Origin: Azolla caroliniana
Taxonomy: Eukaryota > Plantae > Polypodiophyta
Reading direction: 5' to 3'
Assembly (NCBI GenBank): GCA_043228905.1
Contig: JBHGNT010000017.1
Span: 9,486,001-9,550,000 of the forward strand
Length of the DNA stretch: 64,000 nucleotides
Position 1 is the stretch's first letter, and every line of letters begins with the position of its first letter. The position numbers and the translations under genes were made by a program. Below are positions 25,401-38,014 of this stretch, piece by piece. The notes beneath the pieces are model-generated. The model made no database searches and was not told where the DNA came from. It saw nothing but the letters and a program-made list of their open reading frames with translations.

Positions 25401-27076
25401 ATATAATTTGAAGCTCATAAGCATGATCATGCTGAAACAACTTTCTTTTCTACCTGGGCCCATTCAAAGTTAAAAAGTTCTCATATATATATTGGAGAAA
25501 ACAAAAGTAATCCCCAATACTGTTTCACATTCTAAGAGTGTTCTTACCTTGCTAAGAACCATAGCATTTGAGAAAGCCAAACACAATTTTAGCTCAACAG
25601 CAAAGACATAACAAGCTTCTAACCATTTTGAAAACATGACACATGAAGGGGATACGTGAAGACTAATATTTGATATTAGTAATTGACAAGACAATACGAA
25701 TTTGTTTTTGAAACATATCAAATACGAAAAACCATTTAAACATCCAAATATGACATAATCCCTTCACTATTCAGAAAAAAGGCTAGAAAATCAAATGGTA
25801 AATATTTTGCAGATAATTTATGAGATTCTTACGTATGTTGATGTAAGAAATGTCTGACATAATCTGACACAATCTGTGAGTCAGCTGCCTGCAAATATAA
25901 CAATTCACAATAAACCACTCTTCCCTAGATTGAGGTATGGAAACCCAAACCTATGAAAAAAAGATTAGTCACTACAAGGTTAATCCAGTCTTATTTCTAA
26001 CAAACCAGTTTTCGTGACGTTAATCCGCTATTTAATCTGAAACACTGTTTTCAGTGTGAAGCTAAGCCAATATTATTTCCAATTCACCTGATACAGCATT
26101 GATCCTAGAGTCCAATAGTACATTGCATAATGTTAATGGTAAAAACCAAATGCATACAGGGACATACAATAGTAATGTGTGTGTTCATATGTCTTTATAT
26201 CAACTCAAACAACTAAATTTGTTGCCAGGGTATGGAGAGCTCTTCGTATGCACTAAACACGTCTCTAGTACACAAAATTAGATTTCCTTATGTTATATAT
26301 GTTTTAAAAATTCCTTTACGTATAAACTTTCTTTAATTCCTTACAAAATTTCTGCATTTCCTTTACTAACAGACTAACCAAATCAGCTTTCCAGTAATCA
26401 TAAATTTGTTTACTTAATGTGTTTAGAAGTACAACTTACTGAACCAGATCTGCAAAGGTACACATTATCGGTTAAGGAGGTGATCTTATCAGATGCTCTA
26501 TTTGCCACGTATGCACCTGTAAGGCAAGAACAACAAGTTCTTAGTTAAAACAAACACTTCTGACCGTTAAACAATTTCAATTTTGACATGTGCTAATCCG
26601 ATTCTATACATCTCCCTGCCACATCAGATCAAGAAAACGTTTCTATACAGAAAGAAATAAAGGTTGATCTAAATAAGCTGTATTTCCTTTGCTGTTGCTT
26701 TTCCAAGGAAGAAGCCATAATTGGTTTGCTTTTTCCAGAAGAAATTCCTCTTCGGTTTTCTCAAAAAGGAAGCCATGTTTTCTTTGTTTTGCAAAAAAAA
26801 AAACATGTTTCTTCGCTCTTTTTAATGTTTACGAAAGGGAAGCCATATGTTTACCTGTGCTAGTGCGTGAATCTGCACCTAATATGACGCCTCCATTGTA
26901 TTTAACAGCCATGATTGTGGTCTGCACAAAAGGAAATGGAGAGAGCGCGAGAGAGAAGCGAACAAAGTTCAGAAAAACAAGAAGAACATTAACGTCGAAG
27001 GCGAAAAAGAAGAGGAAGTGAAACTTACCCCCATGGAATGAGGAGCCTTCGACCAGTCTGGAGTCCAAGGTTCCAT
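22434..27076 (-). CDS. PBA1: 20S proteasome subunit beta-1 (beta type-6, PSMB6/PRE3 orthologue), 9 exons, 235 aa
   Basis: Exons 27029-27076, 26855-26921, 26440-26516, 25833-25888, 24308-24380, 24113-24224, 23948-24021, 22670-22744 and 22434-22559 join in frame: [98 protein letters not shown]. Catalytic Thr1 follows the propeptide. Introns are GT-AG except one GC-AG. Confidence 0.96.
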
Positions 27077-27265
27077 GACTCTGCGTTCAAAGACAACGAC
27101 AGGCAGTGGCGATGGGAGAGGGAAGAACGGAAGCAATCAGCAACAAAAAAAAAGAAAGCTCTCTTCTGAATTCTCTCACTCCTCGTGTCTCTCTCTCTCT
27201 CTCTCTCTACACACATAATATATGTACATGTACATACATGTATGTCTACGTAGACAAACACGCAA

Positions 27266-27310
27266 TGTATGTATGTATGTATGTATGTATGTATGTATCA
27301 GTATGTATGT
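27266..27310. repeat. (GTAT)n microsatellite upstream of PBA1
   Basis: Tetranucleotide run; a (CT)n run also lies at 27188-27208. Confidence 0.85.
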
Positions 27311-27749
27311 AAAGTGCCCTTGTATCGTACATTTCGTGAAGCATGCTACCCACGTATCTATCTATAATTATGGTGAGTAACCTATAAAAACGAGTCGAGG
27401 AGAGAGGGGGGAATCAACAAACGAATGACAGAGAGAATGAAAGAGAGAAGTCAAGAAGCGTGCGATAGCATCAGGGACTATCATGGATGGAAGAGGGACT
27501 GAGTTTCGGTGACCCAAGCTCAAGAATAACTGCAATCACGCCTCTTATTGTTGTGGCTTTACACACCCTCTTTCTCATCCTCCTCTTCAAGATCCTCCGT
27601 CCTCCGTCTTTCTCCCCTTCTTTTGAGCAAGAAGAGCCCAACAAATAACCCATGTAAAGAAGAAGGGTGAGAAGTTAGGGTTTAGGGAAGAAAATTACCT
27701 CACAAACATTGAAACCAAAAGATAAAATGCATCTAAAACCTCTCAGAAC

Positions 27750-29990
27750 GTCCAGCCCCCCAAAGAAGAAGAAAGTTGAGCCTTGCTCTCTCCCCTTTTA
27801 GCCTACATGATGAATGCAATGAACAAGGTGTTGAGAGGTTGCATCCTAGTATCACCATGTCATTCCTCGACGATATCCCCATAAAGGGGTGCTTTGAAAC
27901 AGATAAGGATGAGAACATGGATTGAAACGGTTGTAGGGGCTTCATGGTGGATCACATTGTTGATTGCGAGAAGGTCTTGCAAAAATTAGAAGATGCACAC
28001 CTAACGTTCTTGTGTGAGAATTCAACATTTGGACAATCAAAGACTCTCTTGGTAGGACACTTGTACATGGCATACGGATGAATATCATCCCCCGTAAAGG
28101 TGGATACCATCAAGCAGATGAAAGAAGAATGCAAATCGCAAATGGAAGTGAGGTGGTTTCTTGGTGCATGTGCCTTCTGCCACATTTGGATTCCCCATTA
28201 GCTTGACATAGTTGAGCCCTTGTACATAGTTGAGCTACTTAAGAAGGGGAAAAAATTCAAATGGGAAGGCTAGCACACAATGGCAATGAAGAGGTTAAAA
28301 GGAATTAACGACACCAACTTTAAGAGCAGTCATGTACAAAGAGGGGATGCCAATCAATGTGATGGTAGATACGAGTCCAACAAGGATTGGTTGGGTCATC
28401 AACTAAGAAGGGGAGGACGATGATTGACACGGCAACGGGTTTGGGGCAAAGGTGCTTAGTGAGAGACAATGAGGATATGCTCAATTGAAGAGAGCCCCAA
28501 GGAATAGTGTTAGCGGTGAAGGCAAATAAGGACTACTTAATTGGTATGGGGTTGTAATAGAGATGGATTATCTACCAATCATAGGGATGATATTGAGGTG
28601 CACAATGCCAGATCCTAGCTATGCTAAGATGGATTGTGTACATATTTGGAGGTTCGTCACATCTAGGACAAGAACCGTGTCATGGCAGACATACTACCAT
28701 GACATCTAGGTGAAGGTAGTATGGTGTTGGAAGATGAAGATGTCACTCTTGATTTCTTTAAGACAACCCAAGCATCCATTGAAAAGCGGAATGTGCAAGT
28801 GTTGAACACCTTCAATGAGAGCGAATATGAAGGGGGATGACTATTGGTAGATTCTGAAGCTCAATGATGGCGAGCATTTGATGGTCCAAGGAAGAAGCAC
28901 AAAGGATAAGAAAGAAAACACATGAGTACTTCTTGCAAGGAGGGTAACTTTTGAGATATCAAGCTCAACTTAGTTTAGTTAGTTAGTCAACACGTGTAAC
29001 TCAGTAGTTACCTAGATAGAATCTAGGTAGTATGTCGACCTTAAAGCCTTAAATAGGATTTAGTACTTGAGTGGGATACATTGTAGATCCTCCACTCCCA
29101 TGTTCATTTAATATAGGACTTACTACTCACACATGTGCACCTTTGCACATGAGATGTATATATACCTCATTGTGGGTATTTGTGTATTTGATTATGCTTT
29201 TTAATATAGTTAATCATCCCCCACCTTGTCTCGTTGTTCATAAGTGTTAACTTCCTCTCTCTTTTCCTCTCACACACATATCACTTAATCTTTCGCTTAA
29301 CTTAATCATATAATTAATCATTAATTAACCCTTGCTTAATTACCTAATTATTAACAATAACTCTAGAGACACCCAAAGAAGCGAATGCAAACACCAATGA
29401 GGGTGGTTTGCAAGAAGAAAGAACAAATAATGTTGGTGTTTGAGTTCCACGAGAGTCCTTGGGTAGGCCACAAGGGTACATAGGCAACTTTTGAGAAGCT
29501 AAAGGAGAAGTATCGGTGTCATGAAAAGTACAAGGATATAACCCCTTTCGTGGGGACATATGAAAGTTGCCAAATACATTCAAATATACAACATAGAGAT
29601 GAGTTGCACCTAGCCAACCCACTAACCATACATTTCAAATGGATGGAGGACCTAATATCCATGCCCATGGGAGTAGTGCAAATGAAGTAGTCAGTGCTAG
29701 CAAGAGAGGATCTAACAAACCAAGTAGAGGGAAGAGCCCTATGGAACAAGATGAAGACAATGGTATGCAAGTTTTTTCTTAAAGACGTAAATTGTCAATA
29801 TGAATGTGTGGGAAAGATATTGGCAGATAGGGGTGAGTCAAATGGAAATGAGGCGACAAATCTCTACAAGAGACTAGAAGCGAGGCTCTCCCTTACAACT
29901 ACATATAACAGAGGGGACAATGGGAAGATTGAGCTTGAACAAAGCCCCATAGTTGAGGCTATCATCAAAGCCTATGAAGGAATGGTCAGT
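27750..29990 (+). pseudogene. Highly degraded pol (RT-RNase H-integrase) of a Phygy-like Ty3 element
   Basis: FLDDIPIKG..GCRGFMVDHIVDCEKVL matches the RT at 63267-63989; AREDLTNQVEGRAL integrase motif. Confidence 0.7.
28949..29356 (+). mobile_element. Probable copia solo LTR
   Basis: Starts TTTTGAG..CAAGCTCAAC like the 62853 LTR and ends TTAACA; flanks GTAAC/ATAAC; interrupts the pol remnant. Confidence 0.55.
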
Positions 29991-30174
29991 AGCAATGATA
30001 ACTAGTTTGAAATAACGTTTCTAATTGGTCACAAGGATTGTCACATACAAGAATCAAACCTCCAACCTCCTGTTGTGGACTAAGACCGTCAATATGCGGA
30101 AACAAGAAACAATACCCTTGATGAAGCACACAAAGATGGACAAAGAGCAAGATCAATAGACAGAGTATATGAGA

Positions 30175-31365
30175 GATAGATAGATAGATAGATAGATAGA
30201 TTATATTATTGTCTTCGGAGGTCAAATATGACCTATGAGACCAAAAATATCACATTTCACGTGATACGTGTCAAAGTGAGTAGTGACTCTCAATGTTCAA
30301 GAACTTTACCAATGAATGTTGCAATCGAGAGTGCACATTGTGGTTGTGAGAGGAATTCATGCAAAGATTGGGCTCAGTCGAAGAGATGTGGAAAGCGTGG
30401 TTGAATATGATCAAAGGCAGAGCATTGTATCAAAGTGTGATACTCAGATTCGCGAAGTTGTTTAGGGCAAAGTGTGCATAGCCGACCACTCTCATCACTT
30501 GTGCCCCAACGCCCTGTTTCACATTGCAATGCATGTGAGCTAAGTCGCATGGAAGCAATGGTTCGAATGGCAGATAACGGTATGGGCTCTAACATGTATC
30601 GATGTGTATGATTTCTGCAAAGAATATGGTTTTGTAGTTAGGTGCAACATGTGTAGTATAATGTGTGAAGCGCGAGCCTCCACATTTGTCCCATGTCATG
30701 ATACATTGGCATTGCAAAAATGCCTCATTTATAGAGGAATCTAATGATGCATCATGAAGCAAGTGTCTTGCATCCCATTTACCAAACCATTTTTCTATAT
30801 CTTACATCCAACCGGAACACAAAAATTTGCTTTTATGAGTCTTTTGGATCTTTTTGCTTGCTTCCCACGCAAATCTAGGAAGTCGATGTGAGGGACTTTT
30901 TTGAACCTTAAGCATGTATTCAACAACCCTTTCCATGGCCATGATCTCAATGGGAAGAGATCCTGTCTCAAGCAGGAGGAGGGTGTAGGGATTTTGTTTT
31001 CTTAACTTGTAGAAACTTTGTAAGAAAATGTTTTTGGACATTTTCAAACTCTTTCCACATAGATTTAGGGATGCTACTGCCCCATACTTCCACCCCATAG
31101 AGAAGAACTAGTGTCACCAAAGTGTCGAAAAGATATTTCTTGAGGACCCAACACTTAATATCTCCAAGATTGCATGTGTTCTCGAATGCATAGTATGCTC
31201 GCTTACCCGCCTCTAAGCGGTGTGTAGCACATTCATTCCATCTATGATTTGAAGGAACTTCAAGGCCAAGATATTTGAAGCTTTCCACACATTCAAGTGC
31301 TCATTGTTGTAGATAATGCATGGTTTATCTCTTTTTTGGCTCTTCACAAGCATAATCTTTGTTTT
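30175..31365 (-). mobile_element. 5'-truncated non-LTR retrotransposon (RTE-like LINE) 3' part
   Basis: SKTKIM, FKYLG, LFDTLV..LLYGVEVWG, HRLP and C-terminal RLCTLC..ESEYH...C; ends near an (ATCT)n tail. Confidence 0.75.
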
Positions 31366-31366
31366 A

Positions 31367-33548
31367 GAGAGAGAGACAGAGAGGCAAAGACAGAGAGGCA
31401 CAAATATATTATTCAAGATGGCAACGACCTTCAACAACATGAAAAATCATGAACTAGGTTACAAGGCTAGTTATACACTAACTGGGTTAGGACAACTACC
31501 CTTAGACATATTTACATAAATGTCCTAAACCTACTATGTCCAAAGGGACAATGTGAATACGGCCATTATACACTTGTATTCAACACTTCCCTGTAATGGG
31601 CATATACACTAAGGAGAGACCTGTAATATGAAACAAGGTATACAAGATGTACAAAGAGATGTTAGAGCAGGTCGGCTTATAACCGAATTGGTGATGGTCG
31701 AAAAGAAATAGAGGTTGAATAGGCTGATTCGAGTGCAGAAGCCAGTTCGACTGTCAAGGTTGATTGTCTAAAGCTATCACTATTGTTTGACTCGATCAAA
31801 CTGAATTCTCCTTAGGCCCATTTGGTGCCAAAGTGACAAGAATTGGTTAGCTGCGAGACACTTGGTCATCTCGTTTGATATGTTGTCGGCCATGGTGATC
31901 TTCTTGAGCCTGAGTTTCCCTGAAGTTATGTAGTCCCGAACAAAATGGTATCGAACATCAATGTGTTTGGAGGCATTGTGATGAACTAGATTGTTCAACA
32001 AAGCAACAACACCCTGTTGTCGTTGTAGATAATTAGAGCGGAATTGGGATCGGCTTGTCAAAACATACACGCCAACCAATATTACTTACGGAGAAGTTCA
32101 TCGATTGTGGGGTTCATGTTTACGAACCAAGTTTGGTAAGATGTGAGAAATTTGAAGGATTCATTCGAATTCTAGTGCAGAAGCTGAAGCTGAAGCAAGT
32201 GCAAAGACACTAAAAATGCAAGGAGATTCTGAAGGGACATGAGATGCATGCTGAGATTGAAAGAAAGGGGTTGTTTGGATGAAACATTATTCTTAGATGC
32301 CGAATATGAATAAGGTTGGCTAGAAAAAAATGTATTTATCTTTATCTAGAAAGATTGGCTGCGATCAGTTAACATGGCGACACAATATTCATTGTAATGT
32401 TGGATTATCTTGTATCTTGCCTTTGGCCACTTTAATTTTAATACTAATGGAGGATAGTTTTTAATATTAAAAAAAAACATACACGCCAACCAACCGAGCC
32501 ATAGAGCCTCTTTTGTTGTGGCGGACGAGGCTTTTGACCTCGAATATTGAAGTGGTCGTGCATTCCTGAAGTTTCATTTTCCACGAGATTGTTGTATTGC
32601 CGAATTCGAAGTAGTACCTGGTTGTTGACTTTTGGCTATCCACACAATCGGCAAAGTCTGAGTTGGTGTAGCCGACTACGCATGGGTTCTCATTCAGACC
32701 GAAGATATCTGAATACATGCTTGACTGCATTCCAATGTGATCAGCCTAGATTGTGCATGAATTTGATGATGACTCCTACAACATGAGCAATGTCTGGCCA
32801 TGTCGCGACCATCGCGTACGCCAAGGAGCCGACTACTGGTGCATATAGTACCGGATGTCGGGCAGTCTCTCTGAGACAACCAAAGGTTAATGGGGAGTGG
32901 GGTCGAGGCATATTTAGCTGATTGCATGTTGAAGCACTCCATGACACGTCTGATGTAGTCGGCTTGAGAAAAAACAATTGTCATTGATTTTAGAGCCGAC
33001 TAGTCTTCATTCAGAGTACGTGTCGGGCACGACCTAGGCCCTTCATTGTAAACTTCAACCGTAGTTTCCGAACAAGATTAGCAAGCTCTCTAGCATGCCG
33101 GCTGGAGAGAAGCATGTCGTCCACGTAGAGGATGAGGAAGATGGGGGGGGCAATTTGAGCTATTTTCGAGAAGAGGCAATGGTCCTCATCACTCTTGGAG
33201 AAGTCGATCGATTGTATAAAATCGTCGAATGTCTTATACCATTGCCATGGAGCTTACTTCAGGTTGTAGAGACTCTTCTTGAGTCGGTAGACTAGACGTT
33301 CTCAACCGAGTTCAGCAAAGCCTTTCGGCTATTCCATGTAGATTTCCTCCTGGAGGTCATCATGGAGGAATGTCATCTTCACATCTAGCTGTATCAGATC
33401 CAAGTCTTTGCCTGCCACTATGCCGAGTAAGAATCGAAGGGTGGTCATTTTCACCACTGGTGAAAATATCTCGTCAAAGTCGACACCATATTGTTGTTAG
33501 AAACCCTTCGTGACTAATATGGCCTTATACTTGGGACATGTAGAATTT
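31367..33548 (-). mobile_element. Degraded relative of the intact copia (RT-RNase H, PPT and partial 3' LTR 31367-31584)
   Basis: HHNASKHIDVRYHFVRD and LSQRDCPTSG. The LTR end GTGAATACGGCCATTATACAC..TATTCAACA resembles 3181-3213. Confidence 0.85.
32080..32473 (+). mobile_element. Short TPRT-type insertion (5'-truncated LINE end or retrocopy) with A-tail and 20-bp TSD
   Basis: AAAACATACACGCCAACCAA duplicated at 32060-32079 and 32474-32493; A-run before the right copy. Confidence 0.8.
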
Positions 33549-33579
33549 AACCCTAAACCCTAAACCCTAAACCCTAAAC
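33549..33579. repeat. Interstitial plant telomeric repeat (CCCTAAA)4
   Basis: Four perfect units at the junction of two unrelated, truncated retroelements. Confidence 0.9.
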
Positions 33580-33909
33580 TGCTCTACGGGAACCCCTCTG
33601 AACGATGTGCTAGATTTCCAGGCCAACACAATGGATCAAGTCATCGATTGGGTGCTGGAAATGGATAAACATAGCTCCTTGATGACGATGGGCGCCTTGT
33701 AGAGGGCCCTTCCAAATAAGGAGGATCTCAGGTTTTGCCAAGCATTGCAATGCACAACGTGTCTAAACCCGGGCCATTCGACGGTAGACTGCACAATGAG
33801 GACGCAGTGTATGATCTGCCACTCACGGGCACACACAACGGACCGATGTGAGTACAACCTACTCAATCGACAAGTGGCACCGATGTGGATCATTGAACCA
33901 CGTAGCAGT
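33580..33909 (+). pseudogene. Gag fragment of an Athila-like element (double CCHC)
   Basis: CTTCLNPGHSTVDC..CMICHSRAHTTDRCEYNLLNRQ, homologous to 44060-44400. Confidence 0.8.
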
Positions 33910-36900
33910 TGTTATCTCTTCCTTGGGATAGACACCTTCGATGAACCCTGGGGCTATCGGTATCAAGGGTCGTGGTATGTGAAGACTACTTCTCAACAGA
34001 GATTGGGTTAGGAAACGAGAGGGGGAAAAAAGATTATATTGGCCACAACTAGTTACTGTTTACCATGCGCATAGCTTAAACATATGATTAGGAAAAGATC
34101 ACCGAATAAGAAGAACAACAAGAGGTATATATTAAATCGAGCTTCCTTTCGGTTATAGTACACGGCCCAGGGCCAGAATAAAGCTATGTAGTGCTTAGGA
34201 CTCGTCAGCTATAATTTCCCTAACAGTATCTATATATCGCCCCCTACCAAGGTACACAGGTCTTGGTTTATATAGCCGTTTACTACTTAGGGATGAGACC
34301 TTGGCTAATTGTAAGTCTGAAACCTCGGTTGTGTTTTGTTTACTAACTTCCTTACTTACTTTCCTACCTACGGATGACTTTTTATTTCCTAATTTACTTT
34401 TCTAGCCTGTGGACAACACCTGGCATGCCCATGGGACAGGGCCTTGCCTGTCGAATCCACGATTACAAACGGTAGGATACAACATTACTTGCGCCAAAAT
34501 TACAAAAATGCCCTTTATACAAGTAGGGCTATTGGTTCTTTTCATCTTCTTCTAGTATGCCGAGGCTATCCTCGGGGGTGTGTGGTTGTTCGTTTTGATC
34601 TAAACGGGGAACCTCAGATGTGGTCACGTTTGTCGAGTCTGGATCTGGTGGCGGGGGTAGAGTTGGTGAAAGGGGGTTTTCTGCCGAGTGTAGTGTAGTC
34701 GTGACTTCTCGTTGAGTATCGCCTATTGGGTCTGGCTCAGGCAAGGTTGTATTCTCGGTTTGTCGTTCTGGTGTGGGGTTGGTGTTTGTAGGGGCGGATC
34801 CCTCCTACCGTGCTTTAGTGGTATTTGTTGTGGTCGACACTAGTTCTGTTTCGTCTGTTGTGGGAGCGTTGTTGGCCGTGGAGGTTTGATTTTTGGTGGC
34901 TAAGCTGTTTTCTTCATAAGCCTCGGCCTCTATGCGAAACATCATCTGATCATCGTTAAAGTCTTCGAGGAGTTGTTCAATTGCCGCGGTGTGAGACTTT
35001 GCTAAGGCATGGAAGTCCTCGGTCAGGTCTTCACGGAGGAGTTGGATGTTGTTCTCATCCATCTTATAAAATCCTCGGCCCTCCTTCCGTTGGTTCTTGG
35101 CATCCGCGCGCAATACTTGTAGCTCAGCGGCTTGGGATGACCACTCCTGCCATGCACGGGCTAGGGTTTCCTCGATCTTACTGTTAAACCATTGCCGATG
35201 CTTGACGACCAGTGCCTTGATTCTGGTTTCGGCCATACCGATCTAAGCACGGTAGACTTCCAATTCTTCCCTTGATGCCTGGGCTTCTTGCTTGCGTTGG
35301 CGAACGACGTGTTCGCAAGTGGATTGGAGGCTGGTTGCCTTTGCTGTTAAGATTTCGGGTTCTCGCTTCAGGGCAGTTTCACATTCTGTGGCTTGTTCTC
35401 GCAGCTCACCGAGTTGGACGATGGCTTTGTTGTGACGTTTCTTTGCCTCTTTGGTGATAGCGACTTGGGCCTCGAGTTCTTCCTCGTAGTTTCGTGAGGG
35501 AGGTTCAGTTTGAGTAGAAGCCTGCACGGTCTGGGGACGGGGTGCCTTGTCTGTCTGTGTAGATTTCTTGGTAGTCGTGAAGACCGGATGATGTACTGAG
35601 TCGGTCATCATGGATGCGTCGGCAGTGGTCACCACGGGGTGGGCCGTGTCGTCTGTTTGTGTTCCGGTTTTGATAGCACGTGATAACGGGTTTTGTAGAG
35701 GGGGTGATTGGGAGTTGCTACTAGGGGCTGGGAGGCCTAAGGGTTGACAGTCGTGAAGTTGTTGCTCCAACTCCGCGATTCTTTGCTCAGAAGCCTACCA
35801 CAACTCGGTGGCTCGTTCTACTTGCTTTTGGGCCGTTTTGCTAAACCGTGCCATTTGTTTGGCCGCGCGACTTGTGCGGTCCAAATCCCGGTACGCCTCT
35901 ACCAGGGCCGTGTTTAAATTTGGTAGTTCCATGAGTAGAGGAGGGCTCTTTGCCTGCTTCTTCCGGTCGATTTTTTGCAGAGTTCGATCCTCGTGAGGTT
36001 CGAGTTTTCCCATGAGGGCGCGTTGATTCATCTTAGTCTCCTCATGCTCCTCGACCATATGTGTTGTTGTAGCTACTTGGGCGCATGCGAGGAAGTCCAT
36101 CAATTTGTACGTGGTGCCCAGCCGAAGTAAAGCACTGAACTCGTATGCCTCCATGGGGAGGTCCTTGTAACCTAGTACTTCCTCTTCCAATATTTGGGTG
36201 GTTTGCGCATGGTCGATTTTGCCGGTGAGGAACGAGGTCCCTACTTGGGTGGTGGCCGTGGAGAGTACGGGAGTTGGTCGTGCTTCCTTTGATTGAATTT
36301 GTTGGTTACCCTCGGGGGTTTCTGTCGTGTCGTGATTTAGGCATCTTTTCTTCTTGGGGGGGTCCTATGACCCTAGTGCATTTTACGTCACGACATCGGC
36401 CTGGTTTGTCCGTGGTGTTCGTACTCTCGAGGGCTGCTGGTTGGTTGAGTGAGGGCTCTGCCGTGGTGAGGCCTCTGATACCCTTGGTGGCTTCTGCCGT
36501 ATGGTGACATCCTCGGTGGTCAGTTCAGGGGTATCGTCCCATTCGACGCGGTTCAAGGTCAAGGCCCTTTGTCGTTGCGTTTTTGGTGGTGCTGTTGGAG
36601 ATGTGGGGACGCGTCGAAGGGAAGTCATGGGGGGTGGGTATAGCACCATGAGGTATTGTGCCAACACGGGTAAAAAATGCTTGCCAAATTGAAAGGACCC
36701 CAAAGCCGCTCGGACTCCTTCGTCAGTGAGGATTCCCCAGTCCACAGTTTCGCCTTGGTACGCCTTGACGATGACGACAACCTTCTTCTGTGGCATGTTG
36801 GTGGGGTTTGTATGTGCAAAGGCATATTCCATCAATATCCAAGTGATTTCACCAAAGAACTTGTTTGATCCTCCGTACGTGTGATACGCCTTCCCAGAAA

Positions 36901-37227
36901 TCAAGTATACGCCGAAGTAGTCTTTAAGGATCGTGTGAGGTGGGACCTCGACATCGTGTTCTCCACCGCACTAGAGGTCTAACGCAGAGCGAATGATGTT
37001 GTTAGTCACTGTGTCTGGGTGTAACTGTTGCGCAATCTCATGAGCTTCGGGGTGAGGAGGTGCGTCGATGACACGAAGGTAGCCACCCAACCCACGTCTC
37101 TACAACCATGTGCAGATTTCTTGGGAGACTTTGAGTGGCATGGTTGAATCGTGGGATGATTGAGACGGGAAGTGAATGAGGCAGGGGCTAGACAGAGAGA
37201 TGGAAGAGGTTGTTTGAAAGCAGGGAC
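33910..37227 (-). mobile_element. 3' part of Athila-like element (copy C): degraded extra ORF 34529-37141, tRNA-like motif, 3' LTR 33910-34418
   Basis: GKAYHTYGG..MPQKK..YQGETVDWG and WQEWSSQAAELQVLRAD..GRGFYK. LTR TGTTGTCC..GATAACA on the minus strand. Confidence 0.8.
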
Positions 37228-38014
37228 TGTTACCGGCTGGCAAGAAGGCTTAAGGAGGTCCAAATCAGAGTGTGAAAAGGAATAGTTTATTCGGGAACTG
37301 TTGTAATTAGTAATCTTAATATAGATATTAATATATGAGAAGATGTGGACGGACGGACCGGAATCGGTATGCCGATCCGGATTCGGACCGATCCCGTAAA
37401 GGTGCCGGTTGGCATCATTTTGTATTTCGCACCGTAGACCTATATAAAGGCCCGATTATAATGTAATCAGAAGTGGATAATTAATAAAGCTTATTGTCTT
37501 AATCTCCCAGTGTGTATTACCGTTCTATATTCATTGTTATATCTTATGCGTGTTAATTATGGATTGCTAAGTAACCAATTAAGGTCTAATTAAGCGTTGT
37601 GCCGTAAGTCATTCTACTGTACCACCCTTTAGTGGTGTCTTAAGTGGACACCCTGTGTTAGGCTATTGTTCGGCCCTAGGATTAACACAGTTTTTGGCGA
37701 CCACGATTCCTGCACATTCGCAGTGAACATCGGCAAGAATGGATGACTAGGCCAACAGACAACCCGGTTACGGAGAGAGCACGAAGACTTGCTGAACGGA
37801 GAAGGCGGCGAGAGGCTTTCCAGCAAGCAGCGGAAGAAATCCGAACGGATCGATCAGTTTTCCAAAGTGATCCGGAAAGTGGTGGAGGAGTCGCTCCGTC
37901 TGCAACAAAACACCTACTTGGACGAAGGAAGCAGCTTAAGCAGCCTCCGGGAAGCGGAAACCCTTCTCCAGGCCTTGGCTGGAAGAGACGGCGAATCCGA
38001 AGCATTTTCAGCGC

